Source: an uncultured virus (IMG/VR IMGVR_UViG_3300027736_000038) (taxonomy: Duplodnaviria > Heunggongvirae > Uroviricota > Caudoviricetes). From it: a stretch of 20,000 nt of DNA. The stretch is from positions 57,363 to 77,362 of the IMG/VR virus record IMGVR_UViG_3300027736_000038, one strand, 5' to 3'. The notes beneath the pieces were generated by a model. The model worked only from the letters and a program-made list of their open reading frames with translations, was not told the origin of the DNA and ran no database searches. Below are positions 1 through 7,765 of the stretch, piece after piece; position 1 is the first letter of the stretch; every line of letters begins with the position of its first letter. Made by a program: the position numbers and the translations under genes.

Positions 1-179
1 AATAGTTTTCGCTCTAATATTTGCGCCTGTTCTTCAGGGTAATGCTTATTAATCAACTCAAGTAAATTAATAGCACTGGTTATGATATTATGAGCCCTAC
101 TTTCAATAATGTGACTTGTATCGCGGTTATTGCCGAGTGCTTCTAATTCCTGCAAGAGGGAGCGGGTTTGTTTTTGCAT
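1..179 (-). CDS. Hypothetical protein, 3'-truncated by the window edge (MQKQTRSLLQELEALGNNRDTSHIIESRAHNIITSAINLLELINKHYPEEQAQILERKL...)
   Basis: Manual translation from the ATG at 179 is open to the window edge. A CATAAATA late-promoter-like motif lies at 196-203. Not in the ORF track. Confidence 0.75.
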   Translation of the reverse strand, partial: MQKQTRSLLQELEALGNNRDTSHIIESRAHNIITSAINLLELINKHYPEEQAQILERKL

Positions 180-195
180 ATAATTATCCTACTAG

Positions 196-203
196 TATTT
201 ATG
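196..203 (-). promoter_or_regulatory. Putative T4-type late promoter (CATAAATA)
   Basis: Resembles the T4 late consensus TATAAATA; intergenic, 16 nt upstream of the ATG at 179. Confidence 0.5.
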
Positions 204-217
204 CGTGTATGGTATAA

Positions 218-1660
218 TTATTTCTTTAAGGAATTCAACAATGTCTTAAATTTTGATCCCTGTATTTCAGCATGAACTGTTCTAGTCAACGGTTCTAATG
301 TTATTTCTTCAGTACTTTGATCAACAGTATAATCTGTAACTGTAGCTTGTGGTTTTAATGTACTCATTATGTCATTTGCGCTTGGCTTTGGTGTGTAACT
401 CTGTTCACCATCGACCCCGGGGTCACTGATACGCATAGTCTCAACATCATATTCTAAATCAATCTTCATTCCTACGCCAGTTGAACTACGACTTTTCATA
501 CATTGAATCTGATACTTGCCACGCTCACGCATACTGCGACTTGTGAAGATACCAAACACGTTATCTGCTGTGTTAATCTTACTGATACCGCCTGCAATAT
601 GACTATGGTCAAATTCTTGTTCGTCAACAGCACTACGATTTAACTGACTTGCGGTAACTAACAAGACACCAAGTTCCTTTGCTAAATTACGCAATTCTTC
701 TGCTACATACTTATCTTTAATAAACTGATCAGTGGGGCTAACATTAATAGACACTGGCATAACCAAATCTAAGTAATCAATCATAACAAAGTCAATTTTA
801 ATACCAGTTTGAATTTGCACCTCTTTTAAATAAGCACGAATATCATTTACATTGCTTTGTGCCGGTAATGCTTTAACCCGATACTTTCCAGACTTCTTAC
901 CTGCTATCTTAACTCTAAGTTCTGTTGTATCAATATCTTTACGAATTGCTTTTGTACCCATCATGGTTAACATTGCATCTGTACGCAACGATGTTAATTC
1001 TTCACTCAATTCCAGGGTAATATATGCACCACTCAATCCCATTTGTAACCAGCTTAATGCAATGTTCATCATCACAAGTGATTTACCTGAACCTGAACCA
1101 CCTGCAAAGATATTCAATTCACCTCTACTCATGCCACCATACAAAATACGATCCATTTGTGGCCAGCCTGTTGATACTTGTCCACCACTATTAAAATATT
1201 TGTTGATACGACCTTTAGGATCAGCAAAGTAATCTGTACCCATGTCTCTTTGTAAACTAATTTGTACCGCATCTTTGATTAGTTTTTCAACTGGTTCAAA
1301 ATCACCCTTCTCAAGTAAGTCTGCTGCCTTAAGAATAGCACGTTCTAATTCTTGTCTTTTGGTAAATGATTCAAATTCGTCAAAGAACCATTCATAATGA
1401 CCTTCATTCAATTCTGGGATAGGGTCAATATCTATTCCGGTTGTTGCTTTAATTTGTGTAGAGTCCGGTAATACTCTATATTTGTCGGTATGTGTTTTAA
1501 ATAATTCAGCCACTGGTTTTAGCGAACGATCAAAATTCTCGCTATTCATAATATTCATAACACGGGTATACAATTCCGCGTTTGTAATCATCATCCTCAG
1601 AAACAGCTTCTGAACATCAGATGTGTATTCTAATTGTTTTTTAGATTCCTGCTTTGCCAA
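218..1660 (-). CDS. dnaB: Replicative DNA helicase, DnaB/T4 gp41-like (SF4)
   Basis: Walker A GGSGSGKS, ITLELSEE, Walker B IDYLDL, TASQLNR and KSR motifs; TTG start overlapping the primase end. Confidence 0.93.
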   Translation of the reverse strand: MAKQESKKQLEYTSDVQKLFLRMMITNAELYTRVMNIMNSENFDRSLKPVAELFKTHTDKYRVLPDSTQIKATTGIDIDPIPELNEGHYEWFFDEFESFTKRQELERAILKAADLLEKGDFEPVEKLIKDAVQISLQRDMGTDYFADPKGRINKYFNSGGQVSTGWPQMDRILYGGMSRGELNIFAGGSGSGKSLVMMNIALSWLQMGLSGAYITLELSEELTSLRTDAMLTMMGTKAIRKDIDTTELRVKIAGKKSGKYRVKALPAQSNVNDIRAYLKEVQIQTGIKIDFVMIDYLDLVMPVSINVSPTDQFIKDKYVAEELRNLAKELGVLLVTASQLNRSAVDEQEFDHSHIAGGISKINTADNVFGIFTSRSMRERGKYQIQCMKSRSSTGVGMKIDLEYDVETMRISDPGVDGEQSYTPKPSANDIMSTLKPQATVTDYTVDQSTEEITLEPLTRTVHAEIQGSKFKTLLNSLKK

Positions 1661-2615
1661 TTTTTTTCCTTTGCATTTCTATTTTGATTTTACTATTTGT
1701 TGCACATTGTAGTATACTTAATAGGGTAGGTAATTTACCATATTTAACTACTGCATCATTTACATCTTTTACATCACTATCCCAATTTGGTAAACTAACA
1801 CTATAACCCAATTCCAATGCTTTATCACACAATTCTAATCCCGTCTTATCTCTATCTGGGACTAGTATAATTTGTTTGTTCAATGTGCTTAATAGTAATG
1901 CTTGTTCAGGATTGATATCATTATGCATTATTGCCACACCGTCAATACTCAATGCATCAAATATTCCTTCAGTTACAATACAAACGCTCCAGTCTGGTTT
2001 TTGCATATCAATATTAAATACATAACCGTGTTGTTGTTCATTGATATACTTAGGTATTTTATCATCTAAAAATCTACTTGTATGACCTACTATAGTATTA
2101 TTATAGGTGTAAGGGATGATTACTCTATTACCCATCCTGCCTTTTGCATTTGGAGTGATTAAAAAAGGATAAGCATTAATATCTATCTTTCTCAATTGCA
2201 GATAGTCTACATATACTTTGTGCAATGGATTATTAATATCCACAATATCGCCGGCGGGCAATTGGTGTTCGTTAAAGGTAATCTTTATGCGTTGTTTTAC
2301 TGGACGAGTGAAATCTATCAAATCTTTATTCTGTAGACTTTGTAAATTCCACCTTTGAATTTGAATATCATCTATACCGCACCATTTTAATAATGTTCTA
2401 GTTTTTATTAAAATAGGTTGCCCTAAAGTGAAGCCTGTTTTGAATCCACAATTAAAACAAGCATATACCCAATTTCCCCCATCGAACATGATGCCACCGC
2501 GCAATCTTTGATCTGGTCGATGATTAAAGTGGTGACAACAAACCGCGTTAAAGATAGTCCAACCAGTACTAGTTTTTCTTTTTTTGCCGGGTATTATTGA
2601 CAGGATATCAAACAT
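1641..2615 (-). CDS. DNA primase, T4 gp61/DnaG-like (Zn-binding + TOPRIM)
   Basis: N-terminal CCHH...CFNCG Zn-binding motif; TOPRIM motifs TEGIFDA, PDRDKTG, KDVND; adjacent to the helicase. Confidence 0.88.
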   Translation of the reverse strand: MFDILSIIPGKKRKTSTGWTIFNAVCCHHFNHRPDQRLRGGIMFDGGNWVYACFNCGFKTGFTLGQPILIKTRTLLKWCGIDDIQIQRWNLQSLQNKDLIDFTRPVKQRIKITFNEHQLPAGDIVDINNPLHKVYVDYLQLRKIDINAYPFLITPNAKGRMGNRVIIPYTYNNTIVGHTSRFLDDKIPKYINEQQHGYVFNIDMQKPDWSVCIVTEGIFDALSIDGVAIMHNDINPEQALLLSTLNKQIILVPDRDKTGLELCDKALELGYSVSLPNWDSDVKDVNDAVVKYGKLPTLLSILQCATNSKIKIEMQRKKIGKAGI

Positions 2616-2621
2616 CTATTG

Positions 2622-2650
2622 ATTGTAACACAATCATAATGTTAAAGCAA
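2622..2650 (-). promoter_or_regulatory. Sigma70-like promoter for primase (TTGCTT-17-TACAAT, extended -10 TG), predicted leaderless
   Basis: -35 at 2645-2650 and -10 at 2622-2627; only 6 nt separate the -10 from the ATG at 2615; no SD. Confidence 0.55.
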
Positions 2651-2651
2651 A

Positions 2652-3416
2652 TTATCTGGTCAATATATTTGTTACTGCGCCCGCATTGCTAGTGAATTGC
2701 ATACGAACATAAGGATGAAATCCTTCAATTACATATCCAACCGTTTGTGTAACATTAGAGACTTCCTCAGTAGTTACAATATCATACCAATCATTATCCA
2801 CAATACTGCTACCTTGAATAGTTGTGTTTCCATAGAATTCAATGTACTCAGTTTGGATAGTTAGTATTGGATTGTTATTAGTACTCAGTACACTAGTAGT
2901 GTAAGTGATGCTACTTCCATTACTGTTAGGACTATTAGGAAAGGCTTGCCCAGTTGGGATTGTGATATTGTATGATGGGACAAAGTTAGGTAATACACTA
3001 TTAACAATATTCATCTCGCCACGGGCGCCGGCGTTTTGATCCACAAACACAGGGAAGTCAAACTCATTAACTGGTATTTCTAAGGTATAATAGCATTTTT
3101 GAGCCTGTATATTCTCAAGGTCCGCAGCATTTAAATATAACGCACAAATACCGGTGGCAGCAAACTGCAAGGTCAATGCTTTCTGTATTAAGATTTCATT
3201 ACCTGTGTAGTTTAATATACGGCAAGTGATACTTTTTCCAGTAACATCTACGGGTTTTTGCTCTTGATTCAGGAATTGAAACTGGATTTGATTATCCACT
3301 CCCTTATGTAGGGTTAATGGTTTGGCATAGACTGGCATATATTTCCTCGGTGAATAGCCTGACAATAACACAACAATGTTGCGCTGAACGTAATAAAATA
3401 CTGATGTTGAATACAC
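2652..3416 (-). CDS. Hypothetical beta-rich protein, possibly virion structural (BppU-N/Ig-like N-terminal half)
   Basis: 254-aa ORF with GTG start and AGGAG RBS at 3426-3430; pattern LTLHKGVDNQIQFQFLNQEQKPVDVTG...Y-x-L-E; upstream ACTAAATA motif. Confidence 0.5.
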   Translation of the reverse strand: MYSTSVFYYVQRNIVVLLSGYSPRKYMPVYAKPLTLHKGVDNQIQFQFLNQEQKPVDVTGKSITCRILNYTGNEILIQKALTLQFAATGICALYLNAADLENIQAQKCYYTLEIPVNEFDFPVFVDQNAGARGEMNIVNSVLPNFVPSYNITIPTGQAFPNSPNSNGSSITYTTSVLSTNNNPILTIQTEYIEFYGNTTIQGSSIVDNDWYDIVTTEEVSNVTQTVGYVIEGFHPYVRMQFTSNAGAVTNILTR

Positions 3417-3436
3417 AAATGTAGGCTCCTATAACG

Positions 3437-3486
3437 TATTTAGTCTATATATTTTAATTTAATTAACTTTGGTTACCCGATAAATA
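3437..3486. promoter_or_regulatory. Divergent pair of late-promoter-like motifs (ACTAAATA on minus at 3437-3444; GATAAATA on plus at 3479-3486)
   Basis: A TAAATA core lies 17-20 nt upstream of each divergent start codon in an AT-rich intergenic region. Confidence 0.5.
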
Positions 3487-3503
3487 AACTGTTAACTAAA
3501 ATA

Positions 3504-3884
3504 ATGATCCAAAACGAATTCTTTAAACGATTGACAGAAAATCACCCGTTCATTACAGTATGTTCATATGCCAACCAAGATTATGTAGGTATTGTTCAAA
3601 ACCGTGATGACATGGTCACCACTATATATGATTACGGTGCTATAACCGATAACACAATCAAAGAAAAGTTCTTAGAATTAGGAGAAGTTTGGTGGTGGGA
3701 AAGTAATCGTCTTGTCCCTATCAATCTGTTTTTAAAGGATGATTGGCTACCCTTTAAACCCTACTTAAGGACCTTTACTAACAAAAGTCTAGTAGTGGTT
3801 CACGGTCCAACGTGCAGTATGAATGAATTAAGTAAACGCCGTAGTAAACGCCGTAGCATCACCCTCGTTAAGAGAATGCCCTAA
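3504..3884 (+). CDS. Hypothetical phage protein with WWWES motif and basic C-terminus; the only convincing plus-strand gene
   Basis: 126-aa ORF occupying a gap with no minus-strand gene; upstream TAAATA motif; protein-like composition. Confidence 0.8.
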   Translation: MIQNEFFKRLTENHPFITVCSYANQDYVGIVQNRDDMVTTIYDYGAITDNTIKEKFLELGEVWWWESNRLVPINLFLKDDWLPFKPYLRTFTNKSLVVVHGPTCSMNELSKRRSKRRSITLVKRMP

Positions 3885-4439
3885 CAAATTCATGTGAACA
3901 ACTACTAGTTGTGCGTAGGCTACACTATGACTACGTTTGAATACATACCCATCAGTTCCCTTATCCCATACAGTTTTACTAATCTCACTCCAAGATTTCC
4001 CAATCAAATGCTTTTTACCAGGACGAATAACTGCTAAAAACATAGATAATCTTGGGATACTATCTATAGGTTCTGGCATCTTCTCTAAATTGTAGTACTG
4101 ATTATTCAAGTGAATAAGTTTTTCAACAAAAGATTTATCCTTCAGTTTACTCCAATCAGGCTCAACCATCAATTCATTAAGATGTTGTTCATCTCTGACA
4201 TTCTCATAAACATGAACATTCAACAAATCTAGTTTGAAGTAACCACGCTTCTCGGCTTCTGTATAGTCAATACTTGCGATATCATGTATTGGATCATAGG
4301 GAATAGGTGTAACATATACACCAGTAGCATGTTTACGAATAGGATTGACATTACGCATTGCTGCGCTTGTATGTTTAATCAGTTCAAGCAATTTATCTCT
4401 TGAACCAAAGTCAATGTCAATATCACTATCTATTCTCAT
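3828..4439 (-). CDS. dnaE: Miniature family C DNA polymerase (DnaE alpha-subunit palm/fingers fragment)
   Basis: Ordered DnaE motifs DIDIDF, KHATGVYV, GYFKLDLL, AVIRPG and YVFKRSHSVAYA in only 203 aa. Confidence 0.8.
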   Translation of the reverse strand: MRIDSDIDIDFGSRDKLLELIKHTSAAMRNVNPIRKHATGVYVTPIPYDPIHDIASIDYTEAEKRGYFKLDLLNVHVYENVRDEQHLNELMVEPDWSKLKDKSFVEKLIHLNNQYYNLEKMPEPIDSIPRLSMFLAVIRPGKKHLIGKSWSEISKTVWDKGTDGYVFKRSHSVAYAQLVVVHMNLLGHSLNEGDATAFTTAFT

Positions 4440-4753
4440 CCTCTGAACCCCGGTAGATTATCCCAGTCACCGTTCCAATCGGGGGGTAACCACGGGTTAG
4501 TGAAATCACGTTCGGAAGGCCCTTCTACTTTTAAATCAAACGCCTTTGCAAACTTTTTTGCGTCTTTTTTAAATTTAAAACTAAACTCTATTACCTCTTT
4601 ATTATCTACTAAATCAGTACAATCTTCAGCATCAATGACAGTTATGTTGTTATCAACTAACCAAGTCATCAACTTAAAATCATCTTCATTCTGCATATAG
4701 TCATCATATTCTTTTTCCGTTTCAAATTTATATGCTACAATATATACCATCAT
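4436..4753 (-). CDS. Hypothetical acidic protein; possible distant member of the F-x-L-R-W array family
   Basis: ATGA overlaps at both ends; WLVDN...FSFKFKKDAKKF resembles the array motif. Confidence 0.7.
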   Translation of the reverse strand: MMVYIVAYKFETEKEYDDYMQNEDDFKLMTWLVDNNITVIDAEDCTDLVDNKEVIEFSFKFKKDAKKFAKAFDLKVEGPSERDFTNPWLPPDWNGDWDNLPGFRG

Positions 4754-5310
4754 GGTGCCATTACTCCTGCTTTAATTAGTTTAGTATACGCTTTTTGTAC
4801 AACAATTGCTTGTCTTTCGGCATCTTCTACTGCTTTGTGACTAGTAGAATGTCCGCCATCACTTAGTTTGACTCCTGCAACTTCATACAACGTTCTAGTA
4901 TCTCGTACGGTATAGAATGGCCACGGTATTCGCACTCCAAGTTGCCTCCATGCGGTCTCGCAAGCAACGATATCAAATGCAGCCCCATTAGACCACACAG
5001 CACGGCGATTCCAACAAAACTTATAAAGGGTTTCCATACATTCACTAAATGAAACACGTCCTTCATCTCCCATCGCTTCTTCAAGTGCGGCAGGGCTTTG
5101 TTTTGCCCACCATTCAATTGTACTGTCATCAATTATCCTATCATATTTTTCTGTCTGTTCTTCAATCGTAGGACGCAATTCTAATCGTTCTACTACACCA
5201 TTACCCTTAGGATCAAACCGCACAGCTCCTATAGTTAATATAACACAATATGGACTTGTGTCAAGTGTCTCCAAATCAATCATTATATCATTTGCCATTA
5301 CATCTGCCAC
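4750..5310 (-). CDS. DEDDh 3'-5' exonuclease (DnaQ-like / Rv2179c-like)
   Basis: ExoI IDLET, ExoII WSNGAAFD, RDTRT, ExoIII HKAVEDA. Confidence 0.88.
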   Translation of the reverse strand: MADVMANDIMIDLETLDTSPYCVILTIGAVRFDPKGNGVVERLELRPTIEEQTEKYDRIIDDSTIEWWAKQSPAALEEAMGDEGRVSFSECMETLYKFCWNRRAVWSNGAAFDIVACETAWRQLGVRIPWPFYTVRDTRTLYEVAGVKLSDGGHSTSHKAVEDAERQAIVVQKAYTKLIKAGVMAP

Positions 5311-5570
5311 ATTTCATACATTGTTATAAATCTATCATCCCACAACTCTATTGTAACACATCCTCCAGCTAAAGAGAAGTCCCAACCTTGGTGTCTTTCA
5401 CCAAAATTTCTTCTCATCCATTTTACAATGATAGATGGATCCTCTTTATGATATCTACAATCTCTTTGATAGACTGTTTTGTGTCCTGCTTTATATTTGT
5501 TATCCTTACATAAAGAGCCTGAGGCATTGGGATATGCTGGATGGAAACATTCTGTGTATTTTATTGCCAT
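5298..5570 (-). CDS. Small hypothetical protein, divergent array member
   Basis: KWMRRNFG...WDF...DDRFITMYEMW pattern; tightly packed with neighbours. Confidence 0.75.
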   Translation of the reverse strand: MAIKYTECFHPAYPNASGSLCKDNKYKAGHKTVYQRDCRYHKEDPSIIVKWMRRNFGERHQGWDFSLAGGCVTIELWDDRFITMYEMWQM

Positions 5571-5571
5571 A

Positions 5572-5841
5572 TCATCCCCATTTTAATAAAAATATTAAAT
5601 AGAGTTTTTCATCTACTATCTGATAACCATCTGTTATATTGCCATTGGTAATATTCATTCTTACACCGTACTTCTTTTGTAGATAATCTTCAAAATCATA
5701 TGCGTCAAAATCAGTTTTGTTTTCCATGTACTCTACACGAACTTTTTTCAATGCTTCCCAATACTTCCAACGATTCTTTCGTTGATGTAATGCCGGATCA
5801 TCGTCATCATAATCTTGAAATGATTTTGATATATTGGTCAT
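5572..5841 (-). CDS. Small hypothetical protein, F-x-L-[RK]-W array member
   Basis: Ends DEKLYLIFLLKWG; start taken at the ATGA overlap. Confidence 0.8.
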   Translation of the reverse strand: MTNISKSFQDYDDDDPALHQRKNRWKYWEALKKVRVEYMENKTDFDAYDFEDYLQKKYGVRMNITNGNITDGYQIVDEKLYLIFLLKWG

Positions 5842-6041
5842 ACCCATCTCAATGCAAAGTAAGTACTGTATTCTTCTTTGTAGAAATTAAACACTGCTCG
5901 GCGATCTCTTGTATCATATGTGGAAGAACGATGATATGCCCAATCAAAATCTACTCCATCAGTCCAGCCGTGTGCTTGCATTTGATGTAATATTTCTATT
6001 ACTTCATTCGCACTTTTGCCGTAGATGGTTACAGATTTCAT
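5838..6041 (-). CDS. Small hypothetical protein, F-x-L-R-W array member
   Basis: Ends FNFYKEEYSTYFALRWV; ATGA overlaps. Confidence 0.8.
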   Translation of the reverse strand: MKSVTIYGKSANEVIEILHQMQAHGWTDGVDFDWAYHRSSTYDTRDRRAVFNFYKEEYSTYFALRWV

Positions 6042-6283
6042 TCCCAGCGCAATAAAAACAATGTTAAATCTTCGTCACGGGTAAGCATTATCTCACATTG
6101 CTTAATATTATCTACCCAACGATTACTTCCAGTTTCATCATCATACCCTGAATTGCCGTAATTCTTTTTACACCATTTCTTGATTTCTTTAGGGTCAACA
6201 TCATCTTGGTTCTTCCAAGAGATAGTATGTATATTAACTTTGCTACCAAAATAGCGTTCTGTTTTGTGTGTAAATTTACTCAT
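6038..6283 (-). CDS. Small hypothetical protein, F-x-L-R-W array member
   Basis: KWCKKNYG...RDEDLTLFLLRWE; start taken at the ATGA overlap. Confidence 0.8.
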   Translation of the reverse strand: MSKFTHKTERYFGSKVNIHTISWKNQDDVDPKEIKKWCKKNYGNSGYDDETGSNRWVDNIKQCEIMLTRDEDLTLFLLRWE

Positions 6284-6540
6284 GACCACCTCAATATGAA
6301 AAATGTAGCATCACTACCTTCTTTGAAAGCAATTCTGCCGTCCCAACAATGATATTCATGATATTCAATTTTATTTTCTTCTAACCAATCTGTTACACTA
6401 TTACGCACACTAGGAATGTACCATGGATGCGGTATGTTAACAACAGTCCAACCCATAGCATTATACAATACTTCTGTATCAATGCTGTCAGCCATATCTT
6501 TAGCAAGTTTGTCAATGTATTCGTGTTCTATATCTATCAT
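6280..6540 (-). CDS. Small hypothetical protein, F-x-L-R-W array member
   Basis: DWLEEN...IAFKEGSDATFFILRWS; start taken at the ATGA overlap. Confidence 0.8.
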   Translation of the reverse strand: MIDIEHEYIDKLAKDMADSIDTEVLYNAMGWTVVNIPHPWYIPSVRNSVTDWLEENKIEYHEYHCWDGRIAFKEGSDATFFILRWS

Positions 6541-6779
6541 GACCATCTCAATATAAAATGTGTAGCATCTTTTGCGTCTACGAAATAGAATGTACTACCA
6601 GCCCACTCATTTTTTTGCAAACAACAATCACGCCTAGTATGTTCACTAACCCACCTAACCATTTCCGCAACTTGATCACACCAATCAGTCCAATTCATTC
6701 CTGGGCGTACTGTAAGATGTACCTTGTGATAATTCTTATCAATATCACGTTTTTCTTTTCTACGCTGTTTGCTGTTCAT
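6537..6779 (-). CDS. Small hypothetical protein, F-x-L-R-W array member
   Basis: RWVSEH...FYFVDAKDATHFILRWS; start taken at the ATGA overlap. Confidence 0.8.
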   Translation of the reverse strand: MNSKQRRKEKRDIDKNYHKVHLTVRPGMNWTDWCDQVAEMVRWVSEHTRRDCCLQKNEWAGSTFYFVDAKDATHFILRWS

Positions 6780-7078
6780 GACCATCTCAATATGAAAAAG
6801 GTTCTATCTGCTTCATCACGGAACCAATACTTACGATTGCTGCCTACCCAACGTGCGTTTTCTTTATGCCAATTATTATCACCCATTATGTTTAGCAGCC
6901 ATTTGTCCATGTCATACCACTCTTTCTCCTCGTAGTTGTGTGGACGAACCCAGTAGGGCCATTTAGGTTGATTGTCAGCATAACCAGTTTCAAGGCGTTT
7001 CACGTTGATTTCATCTATCCATTGATTTGCTAAATCAGATACCCATCTATTGTTAGCCATGGCACGTTTCTTTATCAT
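6776..7078 (-). CDS. Small hypothetical protein, F-x-L-R-W array member
   Basis: KWLLNIMG...YWFRDEADRTFFILRWS. Confidence 0.8.
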   Translation of the reverse strand: MIKKRAMANNRWVSDLANQWIDEINVKRLETGYADNQPKWPYWVRPHNYEEKEWYDMDKWLLNIMGDNNWHKENARWVGSNRKYWFRDEADRTFFILRWS

Positions 7079-7323
7079 TCAACCCAGTCTTTTTCCAAAA
7101 GTTTTAAATGTTTCTTATTTACAAAATGTATATCACAATAAGGGTCTCCATGGTTGCCTTGTACTAATATCATATACCAACCTTGTCCTTCCCAGGCAAC
7201 AATAGGCTTAGCGGCAACTAATTTGCCTATATTTTTTTGTAGCCAAATTAACAGGGCGGCATAGTCTGCGCCCCATAATCTGGCCACATATTTATAAGTT
7301 ACTTGTTTTGTTTTTGTTACCAT
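7075..7323 (-). CDS. Small hypothetical protein, divergent array member
   Basis: IWLQKNIG...IHFVNKKHLKLLEKDW; overlaps both neighbours. Confidence 0.75.
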   Translation of the reverse strand: MVTKTKQVTYKYVARLWGADYAALLIWLQKNIGKLVAAKPIVAWEGQGWYMILVQGNHGDPYCDIHFVNKKHLKLLEKDWVE

Positions 7324-7532
7324 CTTAAACTACAAAAAATGTAGTCTCGTTCATATCTAAATTTTATTCTTACTTCAAATTCATCCCAGGTGCACAATGT
7401 GTGCCTTTCATAATTTTCAATTTTATTACATACCCAATCTATTATTTCAATACGATGCAGTTGCCGGCGGTTTTCATCTAGTTTAATAACACGTTCATGC
7501 CAACCCGGTCGTATATCTTCCCATCTTCTCAT
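7317..7532 (-). CDS. Small hypothetical protein, array member
   Basis: DWVCNKI...IKFRYERDYIFCSLRW; start taken at the ATGA overlap. Confidence 0.8.
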   Translation of the reverse strand: MRRWEDIRPGWHERVIKLDENRRQLHRIEIIDWVCNKIENYERHTLCTWDEFEVRIKFRYERDYIFCSLRW

Positions 7533-7765
7533 AACCATCTTAAACTAAAATGTATCGCATCACGCTCATCTTTAAATACAAAATCCATATAATCTTCTGT
7601 CATGTGTGTGTAAAACTTCCCACCCGGCAAATCAAATTGTTCCATTGCCCAAATACAAGTTTCATCCCAATCACTAATTGTATCACCTTTCATCCAAGGG
7701 ATACGAACCCTAGTACCCTGCTTCACCGAGGGTGTCTTTAATTCGTTTCGTAAGTTCTGCATCAC
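7529..7765 (-). CDS. Small hypothetical protein, F-x-L-R-W array member (start uncertain; GTG at 7726 plausible)
   Basis: IWAMEQF...FVFKDERDAIHFSLRWL. Confidence 0.75.
   Translation of the reverse strand: MMQNLRNELKTPSVKQGTRVRIPWMKGDTISDWDETCIWAMEQFDLPGGKFYTHMTEDYMDFVFKDERDAIHFSLRWL

Larger units (their letters stand above)
6280..6808. repeat. Three ~33-bp imperfect direct repeats at gene 3' ends (6280-6312, 6537-6569, 6776-6808)
   Basis: TCATGACCAyCTCAATATrAA core on the plus strand in all three; weaker copies at 5838, 7317 and 7529. Confidence 0.8.

Noticed and set aside
3828..4439. dnaE as a pseudogene
   Set aside because: The frame is intact and translationally coupled, all catalytic motifs are retained, and the deletions follow domain boundaries; no decayed dnaE sequence is seen in the flanks.
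5298..7765. Diversity-generating retroelement acting on the mini-gene array
   Set aside because: No reverse transcriptase and no ~100-bp TR/VR pair differing only at adenines; the C-termini are the conserved part rather than the variable part.
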